Shown here: positions 61,291 to 64,000 of the stretch, piece by piece
Layout of the letters: the number at the start of each line of letters is the position of its first letter
Numbering within the stretch: the stretch's first letter is position 1
Assembly: GCA_022843925.1 (NCBI GenBank)
Contig: JALHMS010000001.1
Location: 144,294 to 208,293, forward strand
From: Burkholderiales bacterium
Lineage (GTDB): Bacteria > Pseudomonadota > Gammaproteobacteria > Burkholderiales > Ga0077523
DNA length: 64,000 nt
Direction of reading: 5' to 3'
The notes under the pieces: generated by a model
The model's input: only the letters and a program-made list of their open reading frames with translations
What the model was told of the DNA's origin: nothing
Databases searched by the model: none
Made by a program: the position numbers and the translations under genes

Positions 61291-62451
61291 CTACGCGGAC
61301 TTGGCCTCGTGTTCGGGGGCGTCGGCAAAGCGCTCGGCGATTTCGAGGAACCTGCCCCGGATCTCGAAGAAGGCATCGGCCAATCCCGGGTCGAAATGCG
61401 TGCCCCGCTCGCGCATGATCATGTGCACCGCATCGTCGTGGGAGTACGCCGGCTTGTAGACCCGCCGGGAGATCAGGGCGTCGTAGACATCGGCGATGGC
61501 CATGATCCGCGCGGACAGCGGGATCGCGTCCCCCACGAGGCCGTCCGGGTAGCCGGTACCGTCCCAGCGCTCGTGATGGCTCGTCGCGATCTCCCGGGCG
61601 TGGCGTAGGAACGAATCGCCGGCGACCACGAGATCCGCCTCCGCCTGCAGGATGGCATCGCGCCCGAGCACGGTGTGCTGCTTCATCACTTCCCATTCCT
61701 CCCGGTCGAGCTTGCCGGGCTTCAGCAGTACGGCGTCCGGAATGGCCACCTTGCCGACATCGTGCAACGGCGCGGATTTGAAGAGGAGATCGATCGTCTC
61801 GGCGGTGAGTTCGCTACGGTAGGGTTCGCGATCGCGAACCTGCTCGGCGAGCGCACGCACGTAGTGCTGGGTCCGCCGGATGTGGTTGCCGGTCTCGTAG
61901 TCGCGCGCTTCGGCGAGCGAGCAGAACGCGCTGATCGTGGCGTCCTGCGCCGCGATCAACTGCTGCTTCCGACGGACCAGCTCCGCCGCCTGTTCGAGGA
62001 TGTGGCGCGTGCGCTCGGATACCAGTCGCTCGAGGTCCTCGTTGCGGGTACGAAGCAGCCGCGCGCTCTGACTGAGCCGCAGATGATTCCGGACCCGCGC
62101 GAAGACGACGGCCGGCGAGAACGGCTTGTGGATGAAGTCCTCGGCCCCGAGCGACAGGCCGCGCTCTTCGTCGACCGCACTGGAGAGCGTCGTGAGGAAG
62201 ATGACCGGGATGTCACGAGTGCCCGGGTCCTGCTTGAGCGCACGACACACTTCGAACCCGTCCAGGCCGGGCATCATCACGTCGAGAAGAATCAGGTCGG
62301 CGGCGCCGCCGTCGCCCAGATAAGCGAGCGCGGCGTGTCCCCCGTCGAGGGAGTGCACGACGTGGCTCTCGCCGAGGAGGTCTTCGAGGATGAGCAGGTT
62401 GTCCGGCTGATCGTCGACGATGAGGATGTGGGCGCGATCGGGTTCCGTCAC
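61291..62451 (-). CDS. Two-component response regulator with an HD-GYP domain (RpfG-like c-di-GMP phosphodiesterase)
   Basis: REC domain (ILIVDDQPDN, DLILLDVMMPGLDG, HKP). HD-GYP domain (LHDVGKVAIPD, HHERWDGTGYPDGL). Confidence 0.9.
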   Translation of the reverse strand: MTEPDRAHILIVDDQPDNLLILEDLLGESHVVHSLDGGHAALAYLGDGGAADLILLDVMMPGLDGFEVCRALKQDPGTRDIPVIFLTTLSSAVDEERGLSLGAEDFIHKPFSPAVVFARVRNHLRLSQSARLLRTRNEDLERLVSERTRHILEQAAELVRRKQQLIAAQDATISAFCSLAEARDYETGNHIRRTQHYVRALAEQVRDREPYRSELTAETIDLLFKSAPLHDVGKVAIPDAVLLKPGKLDREEWEVMKQHTVLGRDAILQAEADLVVAGDSFLRHAREIATSHHERWDGTGYPDGLVGDAIPLSARIMAIADVYDALISRRVYKPAYSHDDAVHMIMRERGTHFDPGLADAFFEIRGRFLEIAERFADAPEHEAKSA

Positions 62452-64000
62452 GGGACGCCCTCCGAGAGCACGGTCAGGGTTTCGTCGAGCACCTGGGCCA
62501 GCCGCTCGGCCAGATTGGCACTCTCCGGTCCGCCGTCGCGCGCCGTCGCCTCGGTGCGATCCGCGAGGGTCTGGAGCGGCCGCGCCATGAGATTGCCGCC
62601 CATGCCCTTCAGGCTGTGGGCCACGAACGCGATGTCGTCGAGGTCGGCGCCACGGGCGGCAACCCTGAGCCTGTCGGCGGTGTTCCGGTGGGTGCGGAGG
62701 ACTGTCACGACCAGCTTATCGACGAATTCGCGCCGCCCCTTGAACCGATTCAACAGCGCGGGCCAGTCGACCAGAATCGATGGGACCCCGGGGGGATTCA
62801 CCGGGGCCTGAGGCGCCGCCGCCACCTGCGTCGACGACCCCGGTGGCGCGGCGTCGTTGATTCCCTGACGGTCGAAGACGCCGGGGAGATGGCGACGCAC
62901 GGCACGCACGAGCCGGTCTAGGTCCAGCGGCTTCGGCAGATGCTCCACCATGCCCGCCGCGATGCAGCGGTCGCGTTCCTCCGCCATCGCGTGGGCCGTG
63001 AGACCGATCACCGGCAGATCCGGCGACAGCGCCCTGACCCGTCGCGCCACTTCATAGCCGTCCATCTCGGGCATCTGGATGTCGGTGAGCACCAGATCGT
63101 AGGCGCCGGGTCCGTCGGCCTCGAGCCGTTCCACCGCCAGTCTTCCGTTCTCGGCCTGGACGAGAAGGGCACCCTCCTGCGCCAGCAGGGTGTCGAGCAC
63201 GAGCCTGTTGACCTCGTTGTCCTCCGCGCTGAGCACCCGGAGACCCTTCAAGCGCGGCGCCCCCTGCGCATCGGACGCCTGCCGATCCCGCGGCGGGGGT
63301 ACCAGGACATGCCGCAGGCGCAGCGGACGCTCGATGAACGTTGCGCGGGCATCGTGCGGAGCGCGGGGCACCGAGGCCCCGGGGTAGCAGGCCACCAGGA
63401 GTCTACCCGTGGCGGGAATGTCGCCGCGCGCTTCGTACCGCTCGAAATCGAGGATGGTGAGATCCGCCGGCCCGGGTGAGGCATCGGTCACCTCCACCTC
63501 GATGTCGAGCCCCTCGAGCGCCTGGGCAAGCGACGCCGCCTCGGCGGCGCCCAGACCCACGAGCGCTGCGCGCGCGGGCAATCGCATGGGCGCCACCGGG
63601 GGCACCCGACCGGTGATCGGCAGGGTGACCTCGAAGGTGGTGCCGCTCCCGAGGGCGCTCGTGACGTCGATCCGGCCGCCCATCATGTCGACCAGCCCGT
63701 GGCAGATCGCCAGGCCGAGGCCGGTGCCACCGAAGCGACGGGTGGTGGATCCGTCGGCCTGCTCGAACGGCTGGAAGAGGCGCGCGAGGTGGTCCGGGGC
63801 CATGCCGATCCCGGTGTCCTCGACGGTGATCCGCAACGATCCGTCATCCGCTGCGAAGCCAAGGATCACGCCGCCGCGTTCCGTGAATTTCACGGCGTTC
63901 GCGAGCAGATTCACGAGCACCTGGACCATGCGCTGGGGATCGCCGTCGAGGACCTCCGGCAGCCCGGGTGGCTCCGACACGCGCATCGCCAGACCCTTGG
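62448..64000 (-). CDS. Hybrid sensor histidine kinase / response regulator with a C-terminal Hpt domain (N-terminus outside window)
   Basis: HATPase_c (NLLANAVKFT, DTGIGM, GGTGLGLAI), REC (DLVLTDIQMPEMDG, LPKP), Hpt (HSLKGMGGNL). The stop overlaps the response regulator start by 4 nt. Confidence 0.9.
   Translation of the reverse strand, partial: KGLAMRVSEPPGLPEVLDGDPQRMVQVLVNLLANAVKFTERGGVILGFAADDGSLRITVEDTGIGMAPDHLARLFQPFEQADGSTTRRFGGTGLGLAICHGLVDMMGGRIDVTSALGSGTTFEVTLPITGRVPPVAPMRLPARAALVGLGAAEAASLAQALEGLDIEVEVTDASPGPADLTILDFERYEARGDIPATGRLLVACYPGASVPRAPHDARATFIERPLRLRHVLVPPPRDRQASDAQGAPRLKGLRVLSAEDNEVNRLVLDTLLAQEGALLVQAENGRLAVERLEADGPGAYDLVLTDIQMPEMDGYEVARRVRALSPDLPVIGLTAHAMAEERDRCIAAGMVEHLPKPLDLDRLVRAVRRHLPGVFDRQGINDAAPPGSSTQVAAAPQAPVNPPGVPSILVDWPALLNRFKGRREFVDKLVVTVLRTHRNTADRLRVAARGADLDDIAFVAHSLKGMGGNLMARPLQTLADRTEATARDGGPESANLAERLAQVLDETLTVLSEGVP

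Overview
High-GC (roughly 65-70% by eye) proteobacterial chromosomal segment. The gene order looks betaproteobacterial: hslVU, dapF-DUF484-xerC, two lpxL paralogues divergent from metK, and an SAH riboswitch ahead of ahcY-metF. I call about 58 protein genes, densely packed, with many 1-4 nt start/stop overlaps. I saw no rRNA, tRNA, CRISPR array, transposase or phage integrase other than the housekeeping xerC. Content is mostly core metabolism: gap-pgk-pyk, purE-purK-purC, metK/ahcY/metF, glycogen genes glgP and GH57, and lipid A acyltransferases. It also includes a MarR-EmrAB efflux operon, a TonB-dependent receptor, two dehalogenases with glycolate/glyoxylate enzymes, and c-di-GMP/cAMP signalling genes. 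Seven features stand out. (1) A near-perfect 143-bp tandem array re-copies the last 21 codons of gap four times between gap and pgk, and each junction can fold into a structured module. (2) A P22-Cro-like HTH domain is fused in frame to a class V aminotransferase. (3) purE-purK-purC-tsaC are translationally coupled to an SbtA/SbtB-like bicarbonate transporter and PII pair. (4) A BcsB-less exopolysaccharide module combines a PEP-CTERM protein, a GT2+PilZ synthase and a BcsS-like protein. (5) An 83-bp compound palindrome sits in a 455-bp gene-free gap. (6) A PagL-like gene needs two frame changes. (7) A clear SAH riboswitch precedes ahcY. Many very long ORFs in the track (for example 31646..37432+, 3555..6401+, 44616..47336+) are high-GC antisense or out-of-frame artefacts. 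All calls rest on reading the translations and sequence by eye. Start codons are best guesses, and no database search was run.
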